A stretch of DNA of 15,688 nucleotides from an uncultured Fibrobacterales bacterium (GTDB lineage: Bacteria; Fibrobacterota; Fibrobacteria; Fibrobacterales; CAWVXU01). Both the position numbers and the translations under genes were made by a program. The DNA is taken from NCBI GenBank assembly GCA_963934255.1, contig CAWVXU010000061.1:1-15688 (forward strand), given 5' to 3'. This document shows, piece by piece, positions 1-7,479 of the stretch (its first letter is position 1; each line of letters opens with the position of its first letter). The notes beneath the pieces were generated by a model, which worked only from the letters and a program-made list of their open reading frames with translations, searched no databases and was not told the DNA's origin.

Positions 1-2
1 GC

Positions 3-656
3 CCTAAGACTCCAGTTTTCATTAAAATTATCAGCGGCTTTTTCTACTTGAGAAAGGTCAAAACCTAAGTGTGACTCAGGGACTAAATATAAGCCTCCAT
101 TATGAGCACTGGATGGATCAACTGAGATTACAGCAATGGCATAACTTCCAAAGCCATTCACATCGATCCAATTTGCGTCATAATTTAGGCGATGCTCAAT
201 ATCCCGATGCGGGGCAAAGGCGACATCATCCCCAGGCTTCTTTGGGTGAAATTGACAAATGAGTTGTTCCATGCATTTACTTAAGAGTAAATCAGAGAAT
301 GCAGCCATGAGTTTGGGTGAGCGACTTGAATTGAGTAGAGTGGGGTCTACTGATCCACACCCTACCACCCGTTTGAGTGATTTGAGCTCTCTATCGCTCT
401 TATCTAAGACAAAGAGACTTCCTTTGTGGTTGAGTCGATGCTCTATCCCCGCAATTAAAGAACGGTCGTGAGCAAGCTCTCTTGCGATACGCTCAAGGTC
501 TTGAAGTGACGATCTTAATTTGGCAATTTCAAAAGAATCAAAAACTCCCCGAGCGATACAATACCCTGATTTGAAAAACTGCTGCCAAGCCTCTTGAGTT
601 AACGGAGAGTCTTGAAAGTGAGATCGAATCGGGAGTATGGGCGAGTTAGCTTTCAT
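3..656 (-). CDS. PhyH-family (phytanoyl-CoA dioxygenase-like) Fe(II)/2-oxoglutarate dioxygenase, 3' end outside window
   Basis: Manual translation from ATG at 656 gives an open frame to the window edge: MKANSPILPIRSHFQDSPLTQEAWQQFFKSGYCIARGVFDSFEI...QFHPKEAWDDVAFAPHRDIEH...YAIAVISVDPSSAHNGGLYLVPESH... It contains the PhyH hallmarks F..xGY...F, the HxD iron ligands (HRD) and NGGLxxVPxSH. Not in the ORF track because no stop codon lies in the window. Confidence 0.85.
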   Translation of the reverse strand, partial: MKANSPILPIRSHFQDSPLTQEAWQQFFKSGYCIARGVFDSFEIAKLRSSLQDLERIARELAHDRSLIAGIEHRLNHKGSLFVLDKSDRELKSLKRVVGCGSVDPTLLNSSRSPKLMAAFSDLLLSKCMEQLICQFHPKKPGDDVAFAPHRDIEHRLNYDANWIDVNGFGSYAIAVISVDPSSAHNGGLYLVPESHLGFDLSQVEKAADNFNENWSLR

Positions 657-692
657 ACAATAAGTATATCAAAATTAAGGCCCCAAAGTCAA
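657..692 (-). promoter_or_regulatory. Putative promoter for the PhyH-family gene
   Basis: Minus strand reads TTGACT-N18-TATACT with TG one base upstream of the -10 (TGnTATACT), then 6 nt to the ATG. TAATTTTG (TAnnTTTG) lies at 677-670. No Shine-Dalgarno site. Confidence 0.55.
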
Positions 693-702
693 GTCGGGGC
701 CT
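671..702 (-). terminator. Intrinsic terminator candidate after the LytTR gene
   Basis: Minus strand AGGCCCCGA-CTTGACT-TTGGGGCCT hairpin (9 bp including one G-U pair) followed by TAATTTT, 16 nt after the LytTR stop codon. Confidence 0.55.
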
Positions 703-718
703 AGTCTTTTAACCTGAG

Positions 719-1471
719 CTAGAGCCCTTTGACTCGATCAGTATAGTTTCGAGAGACACTCAGTAGTGATTTATCTTCATTTTTGAGTTTGACTTGCATC
801 TTACCGCCAGATAGACGAATAAGTTCACGAATCCATCTCGAATTGACCAACGTCCCTCGATGGATTCTAAGGAAGTTTTCATCTTCAAAATAATGTTCTA
901 AGTCAACTAGAGGCGTGTCGATAATATGTTTACCTTCTACACTATAGACATTGGTGTATTTGTCTTCAGATTCAAAATAGTAGATTTCAGAACCTTCGAG
1001 TAAAATAGTCCGATCACCAATTTTGACATGAAGCCTTTTGAGTTGCTTAGGTGAATTAATGAGGTGCTGAATTTTTTTAAAAAGTTCTTCTGAATGCTGA
1101 GGTACCTCGTCCTGGACGCGAGGTAGTTTTTCAATAGTTTCTTTTAAGCGTTGAGCTTCCACAGGCTTCAGGAGATAGTCAACACTATTTTCCTCAAAGG
1201 CTTGCATAGCGTATTGATCATAAGCCGTGACAAAGACCACCATGGGACGATGAGTGATGTGCTTTAAGACTTCAAAGCCTGTGTGTCCGGGCATCTGTAT
1301 ATCTATGAATATAAGATCAGGTTTCTGTGCATCAATTTCTTTGACAGCGCTTAGGCCATCGCTGACTTCACCAATGATTTCAATTTGATCAAGATAAGGT
1401 TCTAAGAGTTTGGCAAAACGCGCACGGGCGAGCTCTTCATCATCAATTATTAGGGTACGTAATTTAGACAT
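719..1471 (-). CDS. LytTR-family two-component response regulator (REC + LytTR DNA-binding domain)
   Basis: REC motifs IIDDE, FIDIQMPG (phospho-Asp), VTAYD and YLLKP. C-terminal LytTR motifs FLRIHRGTLVN and VSRNY. Start overlaps the kinase stop by 8 nt. Confidence 0.95.
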   Translation of the reverse strand: MSKLRTLIIDDEELARARFAKLLEPYLDQIEIIGEVSDGLSAVKEIDAQKPDLIFIDIQMPGHTGFEVLKHITHRPMVVFVTAYDQYAMQAFEENSVDYLLKPVEAQRLKETIEKLPRVQDEVPQHSEELFKKIQHLINSPKQLKRLHVKIGDRTILLEGSEIYYFESEDKYTNVYSVEGKHIIDTPLVDLEHYFEDENFLRIHRGTLVNSRWIRELIRLSGGKMQVKLKNEDKSLLSVSRNYTDRVKGL

Positions 1472-2663
1472 CTTTTTTTGATTCCATTTTTGAGTGATGG
1501 GGAATTTTGATTTTAACGGTGACAGGACTGGTCTTTTCTATTTCTAATTTCCAGTCTTGATCATAGAGTAAGCGAAGACGATCTTGGATGTTTTCTAAAC
1601 CGTGGCCACTTTCACTGACTTGCTCACTCCAAGGTGCTCCTGAATTTTTCACCGAAATATGACAATACTCTTGTTGATTGTCATTCACATGAACGTTAAT
1701 ATCTACATAGCCACCTTCCACAGAAGGAGTGATACCGTATTTAATTGAATTCTCTACAATAGGTTGTATAAGTAGACCAGGTATATAGGTGTCGTTAATG
1801 TCGCCTTGGATATTGATGTTGTATTTTAAGCGACTTCCCAGTCTGATTTGTTCTAATTCAAGATAGCTTTCGACAGTCTTCAGAGACTCTTTTATATGTA
1901 CGTCTTTTTTGAGACTATGGTTTAGAGTCAGTCGAAATAAGCGTGAGAGTTTTTCAATGGCACGTTCGGCTCGAGGTGGGTCAATCGTGATAAGGCTGGC
2001 AATAGAGTTGAGGGTATTAAACAAAAAGTGAGGATTGATTTTAGCTTGTAGTGCTGAAAGTTCGGCTTCTGTTTTAAGGCGCTTGAGTTCAATTTTTTGA
2101 ATCTCATTTTCTTTGAGCATTTCAATTGTGTATTCATAGCGAAGACGCAGGCGTTCATAAAAGAAAGCACCGATAAGAATGATGATGGAAACAGCTAAAC
2201 TGAAGCCTAAAACATTTAAGAGATGTTCAAAGCAAAAATCCTCGGCTTTGGGGTGATGACTAAAGAGTTGTGCACCCAAGAACTTTTTAATGAAATAAAC
2301 TTGAAGGGTACCAATAATCACACCGATTTGAGTCAATGAAATAAATATGACCGCTCGAAAAATAGCACGTATGCTATAGGGTGATTGATTTTCCATTTTT
2401 TCTTTGGCGCTGAGACAGCTTCTCTTACAAAAAGAAAAATGAATGGAGATAAGCAGGTGAACCCAAATCGTAATGGAATATGAATAAATCAGAGAAGTTA
2501 AGAGTACCGAGAAGAATGGTACCTCAATAAATTCTTTCATGGATTGGTTGATTACCAAAGAGATTAAGAACGCCACAAGAGTGGTGTAAATGAAATAGGC
2601 TTTGATACGACCGGGGTCTTGGATCGTTTGCATGTATTTTTGAATATATAAATTGTAACGCAT
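1464..2663 (-). CDS. LytS/YehU-type membrane sensor histidine kinase (true start may be the second Met at 2633)
   Basis: About four N-terminal hydrophobic segments, H-box AELSALQAKINPHFLFNTLNSI, N-box QPIVENSIKYG, G2-like GHGLENIQDRL. Coupled to the LytTR gene. Confidence 0.93.
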   Translation of the reverse strand: MRYNLYIQKYMQTIQDPGRIKAYFIYTTLVAFLISLVINQSMKEFIEVPFFSVLLTSLIYSYSITIWVHLLISIHFSFCKRSCLSAKEKMENQSPYSIRAIFRAVIFISLTQIGVIIGTLQVYFIKKFLGAQLFSHHPKAEDFCFEHLLNVLGFSLAVSIIILIGAFFYERLRLRYEYTIEMLKENEIQKIELKRLKTEAELSALQAKINPHFLFNTLNSIASLITIDPPRAERAIEKLSRLFRLTLNHSLKKDVHIKESLKTVESYLELEQIRLGSRLKYNINIQGDINDTYIPGLLIQPIVENSIKYGITPSVEGGYVDINVHVNDNQQEYCHISVKNSGAPWSEQVSESGHGLENIQDRLRLLYDQDWKLEIEKTSPVTVKIKIPHHSKMESKKDV

Positions 2664-2694
2664 ATTATAATTTTAGTTCAATTCTAAGAAGAAG

Positions 2695-2724
2695 AAAAGC
2701 ACTCTCAGATAAGAGTGCTTTTTT
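2695..2724. terminator. Intrinsic, likely bidirectional, terminator downstream of rapA
   Basis: Perfect 11-bp inverted repeat AAAAGCACTCT-CAGATA-AGAGTGCTTTT with T-rich tails on both strands (TTTTTT on +, TTTTCTTCTT on -). Confidence 0.75.
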
Positions 2725-2775
2725 AATGGATAAGATGCCTATTCAGAGCCAACTGAACAAAATAAGAGGCCGATG

Positions 2776-2804
2776 AGGGCGAATTGACAATTATCGCCTT
2801 TTTT
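2776..2804. terminator. Second hairpin directly after the rapA stop codon
   Basis: GGCGA-ATTGACAATTA-TCGCC followed by TTTTTT on the plus strand. It abuts the rapA TAG. Confidence 0.4.
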
Positions 2805-5708
2805 CTATTTGGCGAGTATTAATCTCACCGCATCGAGCCTAATCTGAGGTTTTTCAAGCAAATCACGAATTTCAAGCGTCAAATCCTCTAATTGGGCAGC
2901 GCGCTTCCCTACAGCTGGGATACCTGAATTAATCAGAGCTTTGAGTCGTCGAATTTCAGGCTGAACAATTGAACGTACGCGGTTAAATCGATCTTGTGCA
3001 ATATCTTCACCCACATCGGCTGCAAATTGGATGGCTTTATCCTCGAGTATAGGGAGTTCGCTTCTGAGCTCCTCAAAGAAGTCTTCTAAACCTCGAGGTG
3101 CGAGGTCATTGAAGAAGGTACCCTCTAAAGTATCCTTTAGGTCTTCACGGGAGCGTCCACGGCGATCCATCAAAATTGAGATGGTACTGGGGAACAATGC
3201 ATTTTGAAGATTCCATTGGGGCTTGGATGTACACTCCCAGATGAAGTGGAATTCAGCATAAAGCCCACGCGGCAGATCGTCTTTACAAGTCACTAGACAA
3301 GTCTGTGCTTCGTCGATATCAAGTACGTGATCGACCAAAGTATTGAGCAGTGGGTGATCAATACTAAAGAAGCTGATGTCTTCACGGTCAAGGGCTACTT
3401 TACGACTCGCAGTAAAAGTTGAGCCATCAGGGTCAATCTCTGGGAAGTCGGTGACATTCATATGATCAGTCGGGTGAGCAATCCAAGAGTCTTTGACTGG
3501 TCCTGAATCAATATCCATACCGATATGTTCAAGAGCTTCGATAGCAAAATTTTCTGGTCCACGGTCATCGTCCTGAGCTTTAATCATATCGACAATAACA
3601 GCGGCTTCAATCGGATGGTTGGAGTTAAACTCAAGTAAACGGTCACGTCCACCTTCAACTTCTTTGCGCATTTCCTTGGCACTTGTTTGAACTAGCGGTA
3701 AAAACTCATTGAGGAAGAATTCGTGATTGGCGCGAGGGTTGAGTAGGTTTTCTTCTAAAGTCACACGATACATATCGTGGACCTTTTCTACACCCATCAG
3801 AGGCTCCAAAAATGCATTCAGACCAATATGGTACCACTCATATAAATGTTCTCCGGTAGTGCCTTCAACCCAAGGAACGTGAATCTCAATGGTATCTCTT
3901 TGGCCGATACGATCCAGTCGACCGATACGCTGTTCAAGTAGACCTGGCTCTATAGGAAGGTCAAATAAAACTAAGTGATGAGCAAATTGAAAATTGCGTC
4001 CTTCACTACCAATCTCAGATGACACTAACATGTTGGCACCTTCAGGATCTGCAAAGTAGGCTGCGGCTCGGTCACGCGCTAGAAGTGGAATGTCTTCATG
4101 GAACACAACCACTTCCATAGAAGTCAGACGTGGGATTACATCTTGAAGGGCAAGAGTGGCTTCACGACTTGAACAAATACATAAAACTTTTTCGCCTTTT
4201 AGAGGGCCGTTCAGTTGCTTGGCGAGCCATTGAACTTTCTCATCTCTTTCCCACAAAACAGCTAGAGCTTGAAGCTGCTCTTCAACGAACCATTCTTTGT
4301 CAAGAGCAAGGGCGTGGTTATTCCTAAAGTTCCAATTATCTAGATCTTCAGGGTCCGCTTCAAAGCTGCTAAAGCGCTTACGGTATTCTTTATCCTGCGG
4401 AAGTTGAGCACTATGTAAACGTCGTTCGGGGAATCCACCGATGGCATTTCTCGTATTACGGACTACGGAACGACCGGTACCGAGTGCATCAGAGATGAAG
4501 TAAATGGCTTCGCGGGCACTGAGCTCTTCACCTTCTGGTAAGGACTCAATCAGTTGGCGAGCAGAACCTGTTTTGGGTAGACTTTTTTTGAGATCATCCC
4601 AAGTGAGTTCTGCACGGTTACTGACTTTAAATAGTTTTTCAAGATGACGAGCGAGGGTTTGGTATTGTTCATTTTGTTTTTCCCACTCTTCAAAATTGTG
4701 AAATTTAGCAGGATCCAATAGCTGTAAACGAGCAAAGTGAGCTTTGAGTTGAAGCTGGACTGGAGTTGCAGTCAGGAGCAAAAGACCCGGAGTCTTGCGC
4801 GTGAGCTTTTGCATAAAGATATAATCAAGTGAATCGTTGTCTTCACCAGGATCAAGTCGATGAGCTTCATCGACAATCACCATATCAAAGCCAGCATTTA
4901 AAACTTGTTTGAGTCTTTTGGGATTATAAAGCAGGAATTCAATATCAACGATCATCTCATTGCTATCAGCAAAAGGATTGCCATCTGAATTACCCGTCTC
5001 ATAGGCTTCACAATGGTCATCATCAATGATGGTATATGTGGTATTAAAGCGTCTATAAAGCTCCACCAACCATTGGTGTTGGAGAGACTCAGGTACGATG
5101 ATTAATGTACGACGAATTCTACCGTGAGCTTTTAGTTTTTGCCAGATAAGACAGGCTTCAATAGTCTTGCCGAGTCCGACTTCGTCAGAAAGTAGACGAC
5201 GCGGTAGGCGCGGTTCTTGACAAGCGCGCTCGGCGATAAAAAGTTGGTGAGGGATCAAGTCAATGCGGGCGCCCGCGAGTCCACGAGCAGCAGAAGAACC
5301 ACTTTCAATTTGAACTTGGCGAGCTTGTTGTCTGAGGTCAAAGCTTTCGATATCACCATGATGGTAATCTAAAATTCTATGAATCAGAGATTCTTTAGGC
5401 ATACTGAGTGCAGGGGATAGGTTGGACTCGGGGATGACTTCACCTTCAACGTCAACATAAAGATAAATACTGCCCATTTCTCGGACTTCGGCGACTTTGT
5501 GTTCAGAGCCGTCTTCCGTGATGGCAGTGTCACCAATCGAAAGCACATAGCGACGCATAGGGATATTACCCTTGCGATAGATGCGTTTTTCACCTTTGAG
5601 TGAGAAATCAAATATCAAGTTTCGAAACTCAACAGCAGTTAAAGTGCCAAGGCCAAGTTCTGGCTCCATTTCACTAATCCATCGCTGTCCTACTTGGAAA
5701 TCGCTCAT
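2805..5708 (-). CDS. rapA: RNA polymerase-associated SNF2 ATPase RapA (HepA)
   Basis: RapA N-terminus GQRWISEMEPELGLG, Walker A SDEVGLGKT, DEAH, LLLTATP, SEIGSEGRNFQFAHHLVLFDLP, EQRIGRLDRIGQ, and C-terminal RLDAVRLI. Start set at ATG 5708 (MSDFQVGQRW) because GGAG lies just upstream; the track's TTG start at 5738 is less likely. Confidence 0.93.
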   Translation of the reverse strand: MSDFQVGQRWISEMEPELGLGTLTAVEFRNLIFDFSLKGEKRIYRKGNIPMRRYVLSIGDTAITEDGSEHKVAEVREMGSIYLYVDVEGEVIPESNLSPALSMPKESLIHRILDYHHGDIESFDLRQQARQVQIESGSSAARGLAGARIDLIPHQLFIAERACQEPRLPRRLLSDEVGLGKTIEACLIWQKLKAHGRIRRTLIIVPESLQHQWLVELYRRFNTTYTIIDDDHCEAYETGNSDGNPFADSNEMIVDIEFLLYNPKRLKQVLNAGFDMVIVDEAHRLDPGEDNDSLDYIFMQKLTRKTPGLLLLTATPVQLQLKAHFARLQLLDPAKFHNFEEWEKQNEQYQTLARHLEKLFKVSNRAELTWDDLKKSLPKTGSARQLIESLPEGEELSAREAIYFISDALGTGRSVVRNTRNAIGGFPERRLHSAQLPQDKEYRKRFSSFEADPEDLDNWNFRNNHALALDKEWFVEEQLQALAVLWERDEKVQWLAKQLNGPLKGEKVLCICSSREATLALQDVIPRLTSMEVVVFHEDIPLLARDRAAAYFADPEGANMLVSSEIGSEGRNFQFAHHLVLFDLPIEPGLLEQRIGRLDRIGQRDTIEIHVPWVEGTTGEHLYEWYHIGLNAFLEPLMGVEKVHDMYRVTLEENLLNPRANHEFFLNEFLPLVQTSAKEMRKEVEGGRDRLLEFNSNHPIEAAVIVDMIKAQDDDRGPENFAIEALEHIGMDIDSGPVKDSWIAHPTDHMNVTDFPEIDPDGSTFTASRKVALDREDISFFSIDHPLLNTLVDHVLDIDEAQTCLVTCKDDLPRGLYAEFHFIWECTSKPQWNLQNALFPSTISILMDRRGRSREDLKDTLEGTFFNDLAPRGLEDFFEELRSELPILEDKAIQFAADVGEDIAQDRFNRVRSIVQPEIRRLKALINSGIPAVGKRAAQLEDLTLEIRDLLEKPQIRLDAVRLILAK

Positions 5709-6037
5709 ACCCCACTCCAGGTTTAGTTTTGAAGGCAAATTTAGATTTTTTATTGGCTGTGAGTTGGAGAAGGGGTCAATTAACCCTTATTATATAGGCG
5801 AAATGCTTGAATAAGAAGCCCAAGGGTTTAAATCAGCCACAAATTGCCAGTTTTAATGTGAATCGAGGCTTCAAAGTGAGGCTGAATATCTTGATAAAAA
5901 GCTGAAATATCTCACCTTCAAGCCAATTATCATTAGCCAACCAACCAGATAGCACCTCAAAGGTAATCCCGGCTAGATTATGCGTAAAATCACTATAAAT
6001 GTAACTTTGAGATATCAATCTTGTTAACTTTACTAAC

Positions 6038-7408
6038 ATGAAACCATTTGACTTTATCGTAACGCTTGATTATAGCGACAAAGCGCATATTGCGCGACCG
6101 ATGTTTGATGATCAAACATTGGAATTATCACGATCTTTGGCACGAGCTGGATTTAAAACCTTGCTGATTGAGATGTATCCTTGGAGTACCAAGGCTCAGT
6201 CTGCAGACATACCCGAGGCAGATCAACTCGTTTTTGATGAAATCCAGACCCATCAAAATGGCGTTTGGGGTTCTCTGCAAACCTTGAAAATAATCAATCC
6301 AAGGCCCGGTAGATTAGGTGGACCTTTTCAGATTATTTCAGTCTATTCCAAGTCGAAGTTTGTTCAAGACCTAGTGAGTAAACACAGCTCAAGAATTACC
6401 ACTCTTATCACTACAGGACCCGAAGGTGCTTTTTTTCATAAAATCAAAAATAAAAAGCGCTCGGTTTATTTCCAAACACCTGATGCTTTATGGCCTTTGT
6501 CCAAAACATCTGCAACAACATCCGCCAACTCCTCACTAGCTACAACAGCAACACAGTCAAATGACTCAGATGCTTCAAACGAACCCTCAATCCAACTAGG
6601 TGTCACTGCCTCCAAGCATCAATGGCACAAAGTCAGTTACTGGCTCTCAAATCTTATTTTTGACCCCCGCCGAGTGGCTCAAGCCATGGCCATACACCGG
6701 TCTTTTGAAATCATTTATTCAAACACGCATCAGTATAACCGACTCAGTGAAAATTTCTTTATCCCTTCTCATAAGGGCAAGTTAGCACTTCCAACAGTCA
6801 ATCCCTATGTCACTAAAAACTCCAAATATGAACAGAATATGGGTCAAAATTCTATTCTATTTATCAGTGAAACTCCGATGGGTTCAGGTTTAGATATTTT
6901 ACTTGAAACTTGGGCCTCACAAGAGGTCGATTGGAGGATTAAAAACCCACTCATTGTGGTGAGTCGAGTCAAAAAGAGCACGAATTTGTATCAGGCAATT
7001 GAGGATCTTAAAACTCAAGGCCTGGAGTATATCGACCTTGAAGAATTAGATCATAACGCAGTCACCGAGCTAATACTTGGGTCAAGACTTGTGGTCATCC
7101 CATCTCGAGTTGAAGAGTTTGGTGGTTTTCATCTTTGGGCATTGGCACTAGGAGCTAATTTGCTAACTACCATGGTGGGTGTTCTCCCAGAGCTGATTGG
7201 ACAAGAAGCCATTATCGTGGAGGCCGGACAAAGTGAGTCCTTGGCCAATATTTTACCACGGGTTTTAAGTGAAGATGTCAAAGAAAGTCTCTATGATAGG
7301 CGCCGTGAATTTGTTTGGGGGACTTTTGATAGTCAAACTCGAGCTCAGATATTTGTAGACCTCTTTCAAGCACCAGAGCGCATGGCCGGAGTCGTGATAG
7401 AGGAATAA
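6038..7408 (+). CDS. Divergent GT-B glycosyltransferase (GT4-like C-terminal domain)
   Basis: C-terminal SRLVVIPSRVEEFGGFHLWALALG...TTMVGVLPELI...SLANIL resembles the GT4 donor-binding domain. N-terminal TLELSRSLARAGF resembles the GT4 'L...L...G' helix. Key motif residues are altered (see findings). Confidence 0.7.
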   Translation: MKPFDFIVTLDYSDKAHIARPMFDDQTLELSRSLARAGFKTLLIEMYPWSTKAQSADIPEADQLVFDEIQTHQNGVWGSLQTLKIINPRPGRLGGPFQIISVYSKSKFVQDLVSKHSSRITTLITTGPEGAFFHKIKNKKRSVYFQTPDALWPLSKTSATTSANSSLATTATQSNDSDASNEPSIQLGVTASKHQWHKVSYWLSNLIFDPRRVAQAMAIHRSFEIIYSNTHQYNRLSENFFIPSHKGKLALPTVNPYVTKNSKYEQNMGQNSILFISETPMGSGLDILLETWASQEVDWRIKNPLIVVSRVKKSTNLYQAIEDLKTQGLEYIDLEELDHNAVTELILGSRLVVIPSRVEEFGGFHLWALALGANLLTTMVGVLPELIGQEAIIVEAGQSESLANILPRVLSEDVKESLYDRRREFVWGTFDSQTRAQIFVDLFQAPERMAGVVIEE

Positions 7409-7479
7409 TTGACGCATCTTAGCGAGTCAAATTAAGTATCTTTGGGGCAGATTTTAGAAAATTCTCAAGGGGGAGTTCG

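Noticed and set aside
71..471. Track ORFs 71..262 and 259..471 (+)
   Set aside because: Antisense to the motif-bearing PhyH frame; no recognisable features.
2698..2716. Minus-strand CTCTTATCTGAGAG resembling the start of a SAM-I riboswitch
   Set aside because: The rest of the SAM-I core is absent; the sequence is explained by the terminator hairpin.
2784..2812. Plus-strand TTGACA as an antisense promoter to rapA
   Set aside because: No TAnnnT -10 element at 16-18 bp spacing.
2805..5708. SNF2 ATPase as part of an anti-phage system (DISARM/Zorya-like)
   Set aside because: Carries RapA-specific N- and C-terminal signatures, with no methylase, nuclease or other defence gene nearby.
937..5814. 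Short alternative-frame or antisense ORFs inside the LytTR, kinase and rapA genes
   Set aside because: Shadow ORFs within well-supported genes; no motifs.
6002..6032. TAACTTT direct repeat (23-bp period) as a LytTR site
   Set aside because: Differs from the GATAAGA repeat and is more simply explained as promoter-like elements in AT-rich DNA.
5833..6039. 68-aa minus-strand ORF sharing CATG with the GT start
   Set aside because: No RBS or motif, and it overlaps the likely GT promoter. A small protein cannot be excluded without Ribo-seq.
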